From Patescibacteria group bacterium (lineage in GTDB: Bacteria > Patescibacteriota > Microgenomatia > UBA8517): a stretch of DNA of 64,000 bases. Each line of letters begins with the position of its first letter. Positions within the stretch are counted from its first letter, which is position 1. Below are positions 40,114-48,850 of this stretch, one piece after another. A program made the translations under genes and the position numbers. The stretch is from the NCBI GenBank assembly GCA_041499035.1, contig JBGQJK010000001.1:12314-76313 (forward strand), given 5' to 3'. Below the pieces are notes generated by a model. That model saw nothing but the letters and a program-made list of their open reading frames with translations. It had not been told where the DNA came from and searched no databases.

Positions 40114-41025
40114 ATGAAAAAGATTTTAATTCTTGCGTCAAAACGAAGCGGTAAAAAAGAGGAGTTTATAAGTTATCTCCAAAAACAATTTGACAGAAAT
40201 GCCGAGGTTGTTTTGGGGGTCTTCTCCGATTTAATTTTTGAGATAGAAACCGGTAATATTACCGTGGAAATCGACGGCAGGAATATTAATGATTTTGATT
40301 TGGTCTACTTCAGAAACACGACAGGTCTTCAGTCAATGGCGGCGGGGCTGTCTATTTATTTGGAAAGCACGGGGGTTAAATTTTTTGACAAGTCTTTTGT
40401 TAACGGAAGTTTTGTCGGTGATAAATTTACAAGCTCTATGAGGCTGGCAGTCGAGGGTATCCCGATTGTACCGAGTTTTGTTTGCTGGAAGGATGCCATC
40501 AGTAAAAGTAAGAAAAGAATTGTTGAAAAGTTCGGTTTCCCGGTTGTTGCCAAGGAGGTCAGGAGTCAAAGAATGAAGCGGATTTACCTTCTAAAAACTC
40601 TGGCCGACTTTGATAAACTTCCCGAGACTGTAAGTAACGGCACGCCGGCCCGGTATTTGTTTCAAAAGTTTATTGATATAGACAGGGAGTTCAGGATTTT
40701 GGTATTGGGGGAGCGGATCGGAATAATTCATACAAAGACGTTGAGAGATAATACCGGGTTTAAAGTGGGGTATTTTGATATGAATGAATATCCAGAGTTT
40801 TTAAAACCGGAAGACGTGTCTTCTATAATCAAAGAAGCGGCCCTAAAAGCCGCGAATGTACTACATATTCAGATAGCGGGAGTGGACATTTGCAGGGAAC
40901 GGACTACCGGCAAGATTTTTGTCTTTGAAGTAAATAGAGGCCCGGGGATAGACTACGATACCAATGTTTCACAGGAACTTCCCGAGATTGCAAAATTCTT
41001 CTCTTCCCAGCTCGATATTAAATAA
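40114..41025 (+). CDS. RimK family ATP-grasp ligase
   Basis: GDKF, FPVVAK, FQKFI..EFR, AGVD, FEVNRGPG. Confidence 0.85.
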   Translation: MKKILILASKRSGKKEEFISYLQKQFDRNAEVVLGVFSDLIFEIETGNITVEIDGRNINDFDLVYFRNTTGLQSMAAGLSIYLESTGVKFFDKSFVNGSFVGDKFTSSMRLAVEGIPIVPSFVCWKDAISKSKKRIVEKFGFPVVAKEVRSQRMKRIYLLKTLADFDKLPETVSNGTPARYLFQKFIDIDREFRILVLGERIGIIHTKTLRDNTGFKVGYFDMNEYPEFLKPEDVSSIIKEAALKAANVLHIQIAGVDICRERTTGKIFVFEVNRGPGIDYDTNVSQELPEIAKFFSSQLDIK

Positions 41026-41134
41026 CCTTATTTCCGGTATTATCTTTCGATATTGGATACTTTTGCTATCCATCAAATCGTGAAAATGTTGACTTTTTCA
41101 CGAACCAAATATAATACGAAATTTGTTTATGCAA

Positions 41135-41168
41135 CAAAAAATCCGCCCTTTTCGGACGGACTTTTTGA
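41135..41168. terminator. Intrinsic, probably bidirectional, terminator between the convergent RimK-like gene and rplL
   Basis: AAAAAA-TCCG(C)CC-TTTTC-GGACGGA-CTTTTT. Confidence 0.7.
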
Positions 41169-41185
41169 TATCAGTTAAGTTTTAA

Positions 41186-41599
41186 TTACTTCAACTCAAC
41201 TGTAGCACCTGCCGCTTTAAGTTTTTCCGCTGCACTTTTTGCGTCTTCCGCTTTTGCGTCTTTCAAAACTTCGGCCGGTACGGCCTCTGTCATGCCTTTT
41301 GCGTCCATGAGAGTTAAATTAGGATTTATTTCTCGTAGAGCTTTGATGACATTAATTTTTTGGGCACCGCTAGCCGTCATAGTGACGGTTTGCAGACCGC
41401 CTTCGGTTGCCAACGGGGCGGCTTCACCTGCGGGAGCTGCACCTGCAACCGGCGCTGCGGCGGCCATAGGCATAGCACTCACGCCAAGTTTGTCCTGTAG
41501 AGCGGTAACTAGTTCAGAAAGTTCCAAAACAGAAAGTTTTGCAACTTCTTCGACCAGCTCATCTACTTTTTTACTAACCTTTTTTGTTTCTTCTGCCAT
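41186..41599 (-). CDS. rplL: 50S ribosomal protein L7/L12
   Basis: LSVLELSELV, KINVIKALREI, KLKAAGATVELK. Confidence 0.97.
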   Translation of the reverse strand: MAEETKKVSKKVDELVEEVAKLSVLELSELVTALQDKLGVSAMPMAAAAPVAGAAPAGEAAPLATEGGLQTVTMTASGAQKINVIKALREINPNLTLMDAKGMTEAVPAEVLKDAKAEDAKSAAEKLKAAGATVELK

Positions 41600-41612
41600 A
41601 TTTCTCACCTCA

Positions 41613-41714
41613 TTTCTGATTTTCAATTTTCAGTTATCAATTTTCAATAAATTTACAATTATTCATTGAGTCAATGAAAATTCAATGTAAATTGAAAATT
41701 GGTAATTGTTAATT
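41613..41714. repeat. Intergenic inverted heptamer array between rplJ and rplL
   Basis: attttca attttca gttatca attttca ... tgaaaat ... tgaaaat tggtaat. Confidence 0.7.
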
Positions 41715-42231
41715 AGCCTTTAGACTTTTGATCCAAAATAAACACCAATTTCTGTAAATTTCCATTTAGAGTACCGGTAAGTCCATACATAGGTGAGATT
41801 AAAGCCCTAAGAAGTTGTCCCAAAAGAACGTCGCGGCCGGGAAGAACGGAAAGCTTTACTAATGATTCACTATCCTGAAAAGTACCGTCAACCATGCCGA
41901 CTTTAAATTTAGGAAGTTCCGTTTCTTTGGCAAATTTACCAAGCACCTGGATTGGAGCAATCGGGTCCTGGTCGGCTAGGACTATGGCAGTTTGACCGGA
42001 CAGGATTTCGTCGGTTGCCATTTTGCTATCAATTTTTGCGGATTCAAATGCACGCTTAAGGAGAGTGTTTTTGACTACAACCATCCTGCCTCCCGCCTCC
42101 TTAAGCCTGCGCTTTAGGTCCTGCTGGGCTTTAACATTAAGGCCTGTATAGTTGACTAAGACCAGAGATTTGGCCCCTTTGAGCTCCTCGGTAAGACTGT
42201 CGACTAGTGTAACTTTTTGTGCTTTAAGCAT
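41713..42231 (-). CDS. rplJ: 50S ribosomal protein L10
   Basis: YTGLNV, VVKNTLLKRA, LPGRDVLLGQL. Confidence 0.97.
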   Translation of the reverse strand: MLKAQKVTLVDSLTEELKGAKSLVLVNYTGLNVKAQQDLKRRLKEAGGRMVVVKNTLLKRAFESAKIDSKMATDEILSGQTAIVLADQDPIAPIQVLGKFAKETELPKFKVGMVDGTFQDSESLVKLSVLPGRDVLLGQLLRALISPMYGLTGTLNGNLQKLVFILDQKSKG

Positions 42232-42244
42232 TGTTTTAAGTACA

Positions 42245-42360
42245 TAAAAAAACGCGCTTTCGAGGCGCGTAAAATATTCGCTTCCTCGGTATGATTTACA
42301 GCTGCGTAGCAGATGCCAAGCTCCGCTTATGCCGCCGACATACTTTCTTAGGACAACCGT
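42245..42360 (-). promoter_or_regulatory. L10 leader (autoregulatory RNA) with attenuator hairpin
   Basis: CCTAAGAAAGTATG...TAAATCATACCGAGG core, then ACGCGCCTCGAAAGCGCGT-TTTTTT upstream of rplJ. Confidence 0.7.
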
Positions 42361-42392
42361 ATTTTAACTCGATGGGAGGGTAAAAACAAGTC

Positions 42393-42611
42393 TTATTTTT
42401 TAGTGCTTGTGGTTCCCGTGCGGGGTACGCGTGGAGGCGGGGGCAAGGTTGAATTAGTCGGGGCGTATGGGTAGCCTGTTATATCATCAAGCTGTTTCTG
42501 TACGTTTTCCGGAAGTGGTAATAGAGGTAGTCCGGAATTGGTGTGGAACTGCCCTTCGAATTGCGAATCTTCAACTCGAACTGGACGTGGTTTGCTTTTG
42601 TCTTCTGACAT
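42393..42611 (-). CDS. Small Pro-rich hypothetical protein between rplA and rplJ
   Basis: ORF with TAGAAT -10 shortly upstream. Confidence 0.5.
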   Translation of the reverse strand: MSEDKSKPRPVRVEDSQFEGQFHTNSGLPLLPLPENVQKQLDDITGYPYAPTNSTLPPPPRVPRTGTTSTKK

Positions 42612-42658
42612 AATCCTATTCTACAACACTTATTTAAATTTTTACAAGATGTGTAAAG

Positions 42659-43465
42659 CTAAAGCTGTAGTTTTACACTCGGGGACATGGTGGACTTGAT
42701 GAAGGCTCTTACGATTTGCTTGCTTCCACCCAGGGCCCTCAGGACCGCTTCGGCGTTATCCACAATTTCTTCGTCTTTCTGGCTATTTTTGCCGATTACG
42801 GTATGAATAAGTGGGGCTTCTTTCTCGGTTTTTAAGGTCAAGGCTCCCGCGGAGAAACTTTTGGCTTTCTTGAGGTCGGCAACCAAAGTTCCGTTTTTGG
42901 GATTTGGCATGAGTCCTTTGGGACCTAGGAGCCGTGCGAATGGAACCAGCTTTGGCATCATATCGACCGTTGCTACCAGAATATCAAAATCAATTTTGCC
43001 TTCTTTTAATTTCTTGACCGTGTCTTCATCCGCTATCTCGACTTTCTTGGTTCTTCCAGCTTGGAAGGGTAGAGTTACTTGGGCCGAGGTTCCCGTCTTT
43101 TTTACAACTATGTGGAGCTCCATAGTTCCGTCGAATTTTGAATAAGATGAAGTTTTTACCAGCTTGACTGCCTCCGCCGGTTTGTAGAACTTTTCGCGGT
43201 CAAATTTGGCTTTGGCCTCTACATATTTCTTGCCCCGGACCTTCTCCACGATTTTCTTTTCTTCGGTCCTCTTAAGTCCTTCTTTGGTACCTTCCTCAAT
43301 AATTGGGGCTTCTTCCGTAGGAGCTGCCTCAACAATTTTTACGCGCTGGCCGCCTTTAAGACCGGCCACGTGCACTTTTTCCGCCTCACCTTTGTGGGCT
43401 TTTTCGTGCTTCTTCTCGTTTTTGTTTTCGTCTTCGCCGACGAACGCTGTTTTCATTTTACCCAT
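42659..43465 (-). CDS. rplA: 50S ribosomal protein L1 with N-terminal extension
   Basis: RGKKY, KFDGTMELH, LGPKGLMPNPKNGT, STMSPS. Confidence 0.96.
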   Translation of the reverse strand: MGKMKTAFVGEDENKNEKKHEKAHKGEAEKVHVAGLKGGQRVKIVEAAPTEEAPIIEEGTKEGLKRTEEKKIVEKVRGKKYVEAKAKFDREKFYKPAEAVKLVKTSSYSKFDGTMELHIVVKKTGTSAQVTLPFQAGRTKKVEIADEDTVKKLKEGKIDFDILVATVDMMPKLVPFARLLGPKGLMPNPKNGTLVADLKKAKSFSAGALTLKTEKEAPLIHTVIGKNSQKDEEIVDNAEAVLRALGGSKQIVRAFIKSTMSPSVKLQL

Positions 43466-43507
43466 ACACATTTCGTACTTTCTTTAGAAGAAAGTACGGC
43501 AAAGAAC

Positions 43508-43930
43508 TTAATCTGTTTTAACTCCCATGGAACGGGCTGTTCCTTCCACAATCTTCATCGCGGCTTCAACATCTTTGGTATTCAGATCATCCATTTTGTC
43601 TTCGGCGATTTGTTTTACCTGAGCTTTCGTTAAAGTTCCGGCAATTTCGCGGGGGGTTTTGCCTGACCCTTTTTCTATCCCCAAAACTTTTTTGATCATG
43701 TCAGCTACAGGTGCCTTTTTGATTACAAACTCGAAACTTCTATCTTCATAAATTGTGATTACGGCCGGGGCAACTTGACCCTTCATATCTTTGGTCCTGT
43801 CGTTGTACTGTTTGACAAACTCCATGATGGCCACGCCATGCTGGCCCAGGGCCGTTCCCACGGGAGGGGCGGGGGTAGCCTCAGCCGCCTTTAGATTGAT
43901 TTTGACTACCGTTTTTATCTTTTTTGCCAT
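43508..43930 (-). CDS. rplK: 50S ribosomal protein L11
   Basis: [22 protein letters not shown]. Confidence 0.98.
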   Translation of the reverse strand: MAKKIKTVVKINLKAAEATPAPPVGTALGQHGVAIMEFVKQYNDRTKDMKGQVAPAVITIYEDRSFEFVIKKAPVADMIKKVLGIEKGSGKTPREIAGTLTKAQVKQIAEDKMDDLNTKDVEAAMKIVEGTARSMGVKTD

Positions 43931-44042
43931 ATTCCTTTTAGACTAGGCACAAATTGAAAACTAAACTGAAGTTTTCGACTTGCGTCTGCCACCTAAAATC
44001 AAGTGGTACAGGGATTGTACCAGAAGTGTATAATTTATTCAA

Positions 44043-44264
44043 ATGGGAGATGGTGTTGAGAAGAAGGATTGGGAAATGCCCGGTGGGACAGTTGTCAGGC
44101 CCACGAAGGAAGTTTCTCTTGAGGAACTAGAAGAAGCTGGCAATCATGCTGTGGAAAATGGTGGACATCTGGTAATTGAAGGAACCGGCAGCGGACAGCA
44201 TATAAAAGTAACACCAGTCAAGACAGTTGTGGAAGGAATGCCCGCCCCGAAGAAAAAAAAGTAG
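44043..44264 (+). CDS. Small hypothetical protein between nusG and rplK, opposite strand
   Basis: TATAAT a few nt before ATG. Confidence 0.55.
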   Translation: MGDGVEKKDWEMPGGTVVRPTKEVSLEELEEAGNHAVENGGHLVIEGTGSGQHIKVTPVKTVVEGMPAPKKKK

Positions 44265-44265
44265 A

Positions 44266-44901
44266 TTAAACCTTCTGAATTTGGAGAAAATCGAGCTCAA
44301 CCGGGGTTTCTCTTCCAAAAATGCTTACTAAAACTTTAACTTTGCCTTTTTCTTCATCCATCTCGTGGATTGTGCCCAAAAAGTCGGCAAACGGTCCATC
44401 TGTGATTTTAATGGCTTCGCCGACGCTGAATTTGGTTTTAAATCTTGGGGCGGGCGAGCTTATAAATTTCTGAATATTATTTACTTCCGCTTCGGAAAGA
44501 GGTGTGGGGTTATTGCCTGCGCCTACAAAACCGGTAATTCCTGCTGTGGTACGAACGGCAAGCCAGGTAGGGTCGTCCAAAATCATTTTGATGAGTAAAT
44601 ATCCGGGGAAAATCTTTTCCTTAACTGTGGCTTTTTTACCACCGCGGATTATGACTCTGTCCTGGGTGGGGACCAGCATTTCAAAAATGTGACCCGTTAA
44701 ATTCATGGTCTCAATTCTTTGCCTGAGAGTTTCCATAACCCTGACTTCGTGGCCCGAGCTGGTGTGGACTACATACCATTTGGCTTTGGGGTCCTCCGTT
44801 TGGGCAACAATAATGTGTCCCGGGATTTTCTTTTTTCCGGTTCCGCGCTCGTCAACACCCGCTACGATAGCGGCAGGCTGGTTGGTTGTGTCGTCTTTCA
44901 T
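44266..44901 (-). CDS. nusG: Transcription antitermination factor NusG
   Basis: WYVVHT.SGHE, FPGY, GPFADFLG, IFGRETPVEL. Confidence 0.97.
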   Translation of the reverse strand: MKDDTTNQPAAIVAGVDERGTGKKKIPGHIIVAQTEDPKAKWYVVHTSSGHEVRVMETLRQRIETMNLTGHIFEMLVPTQDRVIIRGGKKATVKEKIFPGYLLIKMILDDPTWLAVRTTAGITGFVGAGNNPTPLSEAEVNNIQKFISSPAPRFKTKFSVGEAIKITDGPFADFLGTIHEMDEEKGKVKVLVSIFGRETPVELDFLQIQKV

Positions 44902-45083
44902 TTTGTTACTACTTTAGTCAGAAGCGTGGTAAAGAGGTAGTCTAAACCCCCTACGTAGGCTCCAAGAATGCCTGAAACTATGAATACGGTCAGAGTGAGC
45001 TTAATGACTTCGTCACGGGTGGGCCATGTAACGCGGCTTAGCTCAAGTCTTACCTCGCCAAAAAAATTGACTACAGCTTTCAT
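44898..45083 (-). CDS. secE: Preprotein translocase SecE
   Basis: ELSRVTWPTRDE; directly upstream of nusG. Confidence 0.93.
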   Translation of the reverse strand: MKAVVNFFGEVRLELSRVTWPTRDEVIKLTLTVFIVSGILGAYVGGLDYLFTTLLTKVVTK

Positions 45084-45153
45084 TTGAGATTGTATTGTAG
45101 CAGAAAGATCGGGTAAAAAAAAGAGAGGGTTGATCAAGCTGGTATAATGAGAT

Positions 45154-45624
45154 ATGACCATTGATCACGGGCCGACCGGTTTTAGTAAAATGATAAAACC
45201 CGACAAACATGAAAAAGGTAAGTTCGAGGTCGGCGGTCAAACCTTTCGAAACCCTGTAAAAGAGACTCGAATTCCTAACTATCTTCTTGACAATCTTAGA
45301 CCTCTTGCAACAAGGGCATTTATAGCCGAAAGCGGGGATTCCGATACATCTGGTCAATCCCGTCTAGACCAGCAAATGGCGCAAATGAGTAAAAAATTCC
45401 GTGAGGAGCAGCCTGAAGAAGTTTGGAAGAGAACAATAGCTACAATTATGAAGCAGAAAGGTGTTACGGCTGAAAAAATTGCGACCGACCTTTTCGAAAC
45501 CGATGAGGACGCTTTTAGAAATTTGTGGATGGGACAGTCTCCACATAAAATATTGCCAAGGATCGTTGGGGCAATTGAGATTGAACTACATAAAAATTGG
45601 CCCGGTGCGCCTATTAGGAGATGA
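45154..45624 (+). CDS. Hypothetical protein, possible C-terminal XRE-like HTH
   Basis: QKGVTAEKIA..RNLWMG; TATAAT upstream. Confidence 0.55.
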   Translation: MTIDHGPTGFSKMIKPDKHEKGKFEVGGQTFRNPVKETRIPNYLLDNLRPLATRAFIAESGDSDTSGQSRLDQQMAQMSKKFREEQPEEVWKRTIATIMKQKGVTAEKIATDLFETDEDAFRNLWMGQSPHKILPRIVGAIEIELHKNWPGAPIRR

Positions 45625-46358
45625 GACTTCCTGATTTCTCCTTTGAAAAAAAACTCCACAGACAAGGTTACAAATTAATTGCAGGTGTGGATGAAGTCGG
45701 GCGCGGATGTTTTGCGGGAGCGGTGGTTGCGGGATGTGTGGTGTTCGGTCTCGACGGGGTCCTGCCGCTCGGCAGCCCTAAGGCCTTTCCACCGGCTAAC
45801 AAGCTCGGGGCCCCTTCCTTAGGGCCTCCCGCCTCGCGTCACCCCTCAGTTATTATCAACGATTCCAAAAGACTTTCGCAAAAACAAAGGGAAATTGCCG
45901 ATAAGTGGATACGGAAAAACGCATATGCATTTGGAATTGGTTTAGCCAGTGTTGCCCAAATTAATAAATTAGGCATCAAAAAAGCTACTGAAATTGCATT
46001 CCGGAAAGCAATTGTAAATTGTAAATCCACATCCAGCTCTGCTGTGAAAATTGATTATTTGCTCATTGATGCATTTTATATCCCGTACGTAAAAGGCCTC
46101 AGGCGCAAAAATCAAAAAGCGATTGTTAAAGGGGATGCTCTCTCTATTTCCATAGCCGCGGCTTCAATCATCGCCAAAGTATACAGGGATAAATTAATGA
46201 CCGTTCTTGCCAAAGAACCTAAATTCAGAAAATATAAATGGCACAAAAACAAAGGCTATGGAACCACGGAACATAGGGAAATAATCCGAAAACACGGTGC
46301 AACGAGACTCCACAGAAAACAGTTCGTTAGAAGCTACGTTTCTTCTCCAGCTGAATAG
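45621..46358 (+). CDS. rnhB: Ribonuclease HII with in-frame palindromic insertion
   Basis: AGVDEVGRG, NDSK, LIDA, KGD..SIAAASIIAKV.RD, NKGYGT. Confidence 0.96.
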   Translation: MRLPDFSFEKKLHRQGYKLIAGVDEVGRGCFAGAVVAGCVVFGLDGVLPLGSPKAFPPANKLGAPSLGPPASRHPSVIINDSKRLSQKQREIADKWIRKNAYAFGIGLASVAQINKLGIKKATEIAFRKAIVNCKSTSSSAVKIDYLLIDAFYIPYVKGLRRKNQKAIVKGDALSISIAAASIIAKVYRDKLMTVLAKEPKFRKYKWHKNKGYGTTEHREIIRKHGATRLHRKQFVRSYVSSPAE

Positions 46359-46521
46359 AATGGGCGATCCTGTACTTTGCCTCTTTTCTTTTCTCTGACG
46401 GCTTTTTGTACTGGGCTCTGTCGCGGTATTCTCGTATCACGTCCTCATCGATGGTCTTTTTGCGAAACCGGGCAATAAGTTTATCCTCGCTTTCGCCCTT
46501 TTTCTTTTTAAGAATGAACAT
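46327..46521 (-). CDS. rpsU: 30S ribosomal protein S21
   Basis: GES.DKLIARFRK, YKKPSEKRK. Confidence 0.85.
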   Translation of the reverse strand: MFILKKKKGESEDKLIARFRKKTIDEDVIREYRDRAQYKKPSEKRKEAKYRIAHSIQLEKKRSF

Positions 46522-46609
46522 CTTATATTATAAGTCACCTCCAGGGACACATTTTAACAGATTTTAAGTTGATCTACCAGAAGCACGATCGGAAGTTGAT
46601 GCCTCTCTT

Positions 46610-46963
46610 TTAGCTCTCGTGATGTTGACCCCAGTGGAAAAAATTGTGGAAGGAGTTGAAGAAGTTATGGTGGTCATGGTCATCCTCCTTGTGAGAATTT
46701 GGTGTTGGGGTTGGCCTTTTGTGGCCGTGATTATCATGGTCGTCATGCTCTTCGTGATCATTATTTTTATCGTGGTCGTCATCGTGTTTGGGTGTGGGGG
46801 CGGGTGTTGTTGCGGGCGGCTCGCCTGTAGCTTCTCCGGTGGCAGTGTGGGCGCGGACATAAAAATTAAAACTCTGGGAAGTTACGGCCCAGACAAGAAG
46901 AGGGAGCATTAGAGCAAGGATAATGGTTGTGATAAAGCGTAGAAGCCAATGATTATTTTTCAC
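46610..46963 (-). CDS. Small membrane-anchored His/Asp-rich protein
   Basis: TM LPLLVWAV shared with the 48148 gene; HDDDHD..HEEHDDHDNHGH. Confidence 0.65.
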   Translation of the reverse strand: MKNNHWLLRFITTIILALMLPLLVWAVTSQSFNFYVRAHTATGEATGEPPATTPAPTPKHDDDHDKNNDHEEHDDHDNHGHKRPTPTPNSHKEDDHDHHNFFNSFHNFFHWGQHHES

Positions 46964-47010
46964 GGGTTTCCGATATTCTGACTGTCTGGCGGGGTATTGT
47001 CAATGTCTTC

Positions 47011-48144
47011 TTAGGGGACCGGTGGGAAAGGTGTGTCATTCTCTTCTTTGATCGGCCACTTGGGTTGCTGTCTTTTAAAGGCCGACGCCGTTTCGTCCAT
47101 ATATACTTCCGGAACTTTATTTTTTGAAGTTATAGTACGTACTAGGACTATAACTGCAGCAATAAAAACAATGGCGCCGATAATTGTAATAGCTATGTAC
47201 TTGAAGTCTAATGTGGAAGTCGAGTTGTTGTCGCCTGCCACGGCAACGAGTGTTGGCAGGGGGCTTAGGACGGGCTTTATTGTCGGGGGAAGGGTTGAGC
47301 TTGGGAAGTTTCCTGTGTAGTAAACAATTTCGGGGGCAGGGCTCGGTGTTTTAGTCTTTACAGTGCTTGCTCTGGTTGTTGTAGCTGTTGGAGTAGGGGC
47401 GGTGGTAGAACACCCGCAAGTTACGTCGCTTGGACAGGACGGGTTTCTGCAAAAACCCTGGTAGCAGATATAATTTGCCTGGCAGTTACTGTTGCTTCCA
47501 CAGGTTCCCCCGCAATAATTTGGTGTTCCCGGTGCCGGTGTTACCGTCGGTGTAGGAACAAGAGTTGGTGTTGGTGTATCTGTAGGTGACACTATCCCGC
47601 TCACAACCGTTATACTGGCGGGAAGCTTATCGGTTATGGCATTTTGGGTTTCGCCGACAGCAGACACTGCGGAGGAGCTGTCAAACGAAACGGCAGAAGT
47701 CCAAAATGGCGCATTGTTTACAACTCGCGCATTAATTTTCAATACTTCGGCGGAAGATCCGGACAGCGCCTGATTTTTATTTAGTGTGAAGATCGCATAA
47801 GATATTGATCCTGAGGTATTATTAAAATTGCTGGTAATAGTGTTATTTAGAGCTGCCACGTCCGCTCCTCTTTGGATAGAGCTAATCTGTATAGCCGCGG
47901 GATCAAATTTTATTAAGAGGTCGATACCCGTTATTTGATTGGCGCCGGTATCCATTTTTACAGCCAGTGTGATGTTTTCGCCGCGATTAACGTCGGAAGC
48001 TGCCGGAGTGATTGCTATTTTTGTAGTACCGGCTGCAAATTCATTAAGGCCTTGTCTTGTCTGAACAAGTTTTACCCCGGCTATTACCCCTGCCGCTAAA
48101 AAGAGGAAACCTGCAATTGACATTAAGATTTTTATTTTTTTCAT
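47011..48144 (-). CDS. Cohesin-domain protein with Cys-rich module and C-terminal TM anchor
   Basis: GENITLAVKMDT..GIDLLIKFDPAAI..VLKINARV; PT linker; CGGTCGSNSNC module; TM near C-terminus. Confidence 0.78.
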   Translation of the reverse strand: MKKIKILMSIAGFLFLAAGVIAGVKLVQTRQGLNEFAAGTTKIAITPAASDVNRGENITLAVKMDTGANQITGIDLLIKFDPAAIQISSIQRGADVAALNNTITSNFNNTSGSISYAIFTLNKNQALSGSSAEVLKINARVVNNAPFWTSAVSFDSSSAVSAVGETQNAITDKLPASITVVSGIVSPTDTPTPTLVPTPTVTPAPGTPNYCGGTCGSNSNCQANYICYQGFCRNPSCPSDVTCGCSTTAPTPTATTTRASTVKTKTPSPAPEIVYYTGNFPSSTLPPTIKPVLSPLPTLVAVAGDNNSTSTLDFKYIAITIIGAIVFIAAVIVLVRTITSKNKVPEVYMDETASAFKRQQPKWPIKEENDTPFPPVP

Positions 48145-48147
48145 TTT

Positions 48148-48795
48148 CTAGGGTTGGTAATGGTCTATGACAATGCCAATATCCACTATATTCACAATTC
48201 CATCGTGGTTGAGGTCTGCCCTCGGATCATTCGGGGGTGAAGTTCTGTAGTTATCGATAATTATGCCAATATCAACAATATTAACATGTCCGTCCCCATT
48301 GACGTCACCGGGCATCGGAGATGCTTGCGGTGTAGAAGTTGCTGTTGGGGTTGGTGTGGGGCTTGCTGAGCAATTTGATGTGCCGTTTGATTTTACACAT
48401 ATACCAGATTGGTCCGGGTACGAGGGGTTGGGTGAACATACCAAGTTTGGGCCGCACAATATTCCCGCAATGCCTCCGCACATCTGACATTCACTTGCCG
48501 CTATTGGAGTGGGAGTCGGTGTTGGTGTTGGGCACCAGCCTTCTATGGGAACGGCAATTTCACAAGCAGGATGTGTATCAAGACATGCGGGTCTCGGGAG
48601 GCATGTTGGAAAAGGTGTCGGGGTGGGTGGTTCGCCGCTGGCTGCCTTTTGGTTAATGAGGAACGTTTGTGTTACTACCGCCCACACAAAAAGAGGTAGG
48701 GCAACGAACATCCCGAGAACTATACTAACACTCAGAAGTCTTTGACTTTTAACAGGAAGCGACTTAAACCTGTGAATAAAGTTCATCATATCCAT
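48148..48795 (-). CDS. Membrane-anchored Cys-module protein with dockerin (class A)
   Basis: TM; CLPRPAC and CGGIAGILC modules; GDVNGDGHVNIVDIG..DLNHDGIVNIVDIG; start uncertain. Confidence 0.8.
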   Translation of the reverse strand: MDMMNFIHRFKSLPVKSQRLLSVSIVLGMFVALPLFVWAVVTQTFLINQKAASGEPPTPTPFPTCLPRPACLDTHPACEIAVPIEGWCPTPTPTPTPIAASECQMCGGIAGILCGPNLVCSPNPSYPDQSGICVKSNGTSNCSASPTPTPTATSTPQASPMPGDVNGDGHVNIVDIGIIIDNYRTSPPNDPRADLNHDGIVNIVDIGIVIDHYQP

Positions 48796-48850
48796 GTTAT
48801 GCATAAATGACGCGGTCGTCAATTGCTTACTATCCGGTTATACTAAACTA

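Noticed and set aside
46564-46912. Alternative-frame ORFs over the His-rich gene
   Set aside because: Only the 46610-46963 frame shares the anchor motif with the 48148 gene
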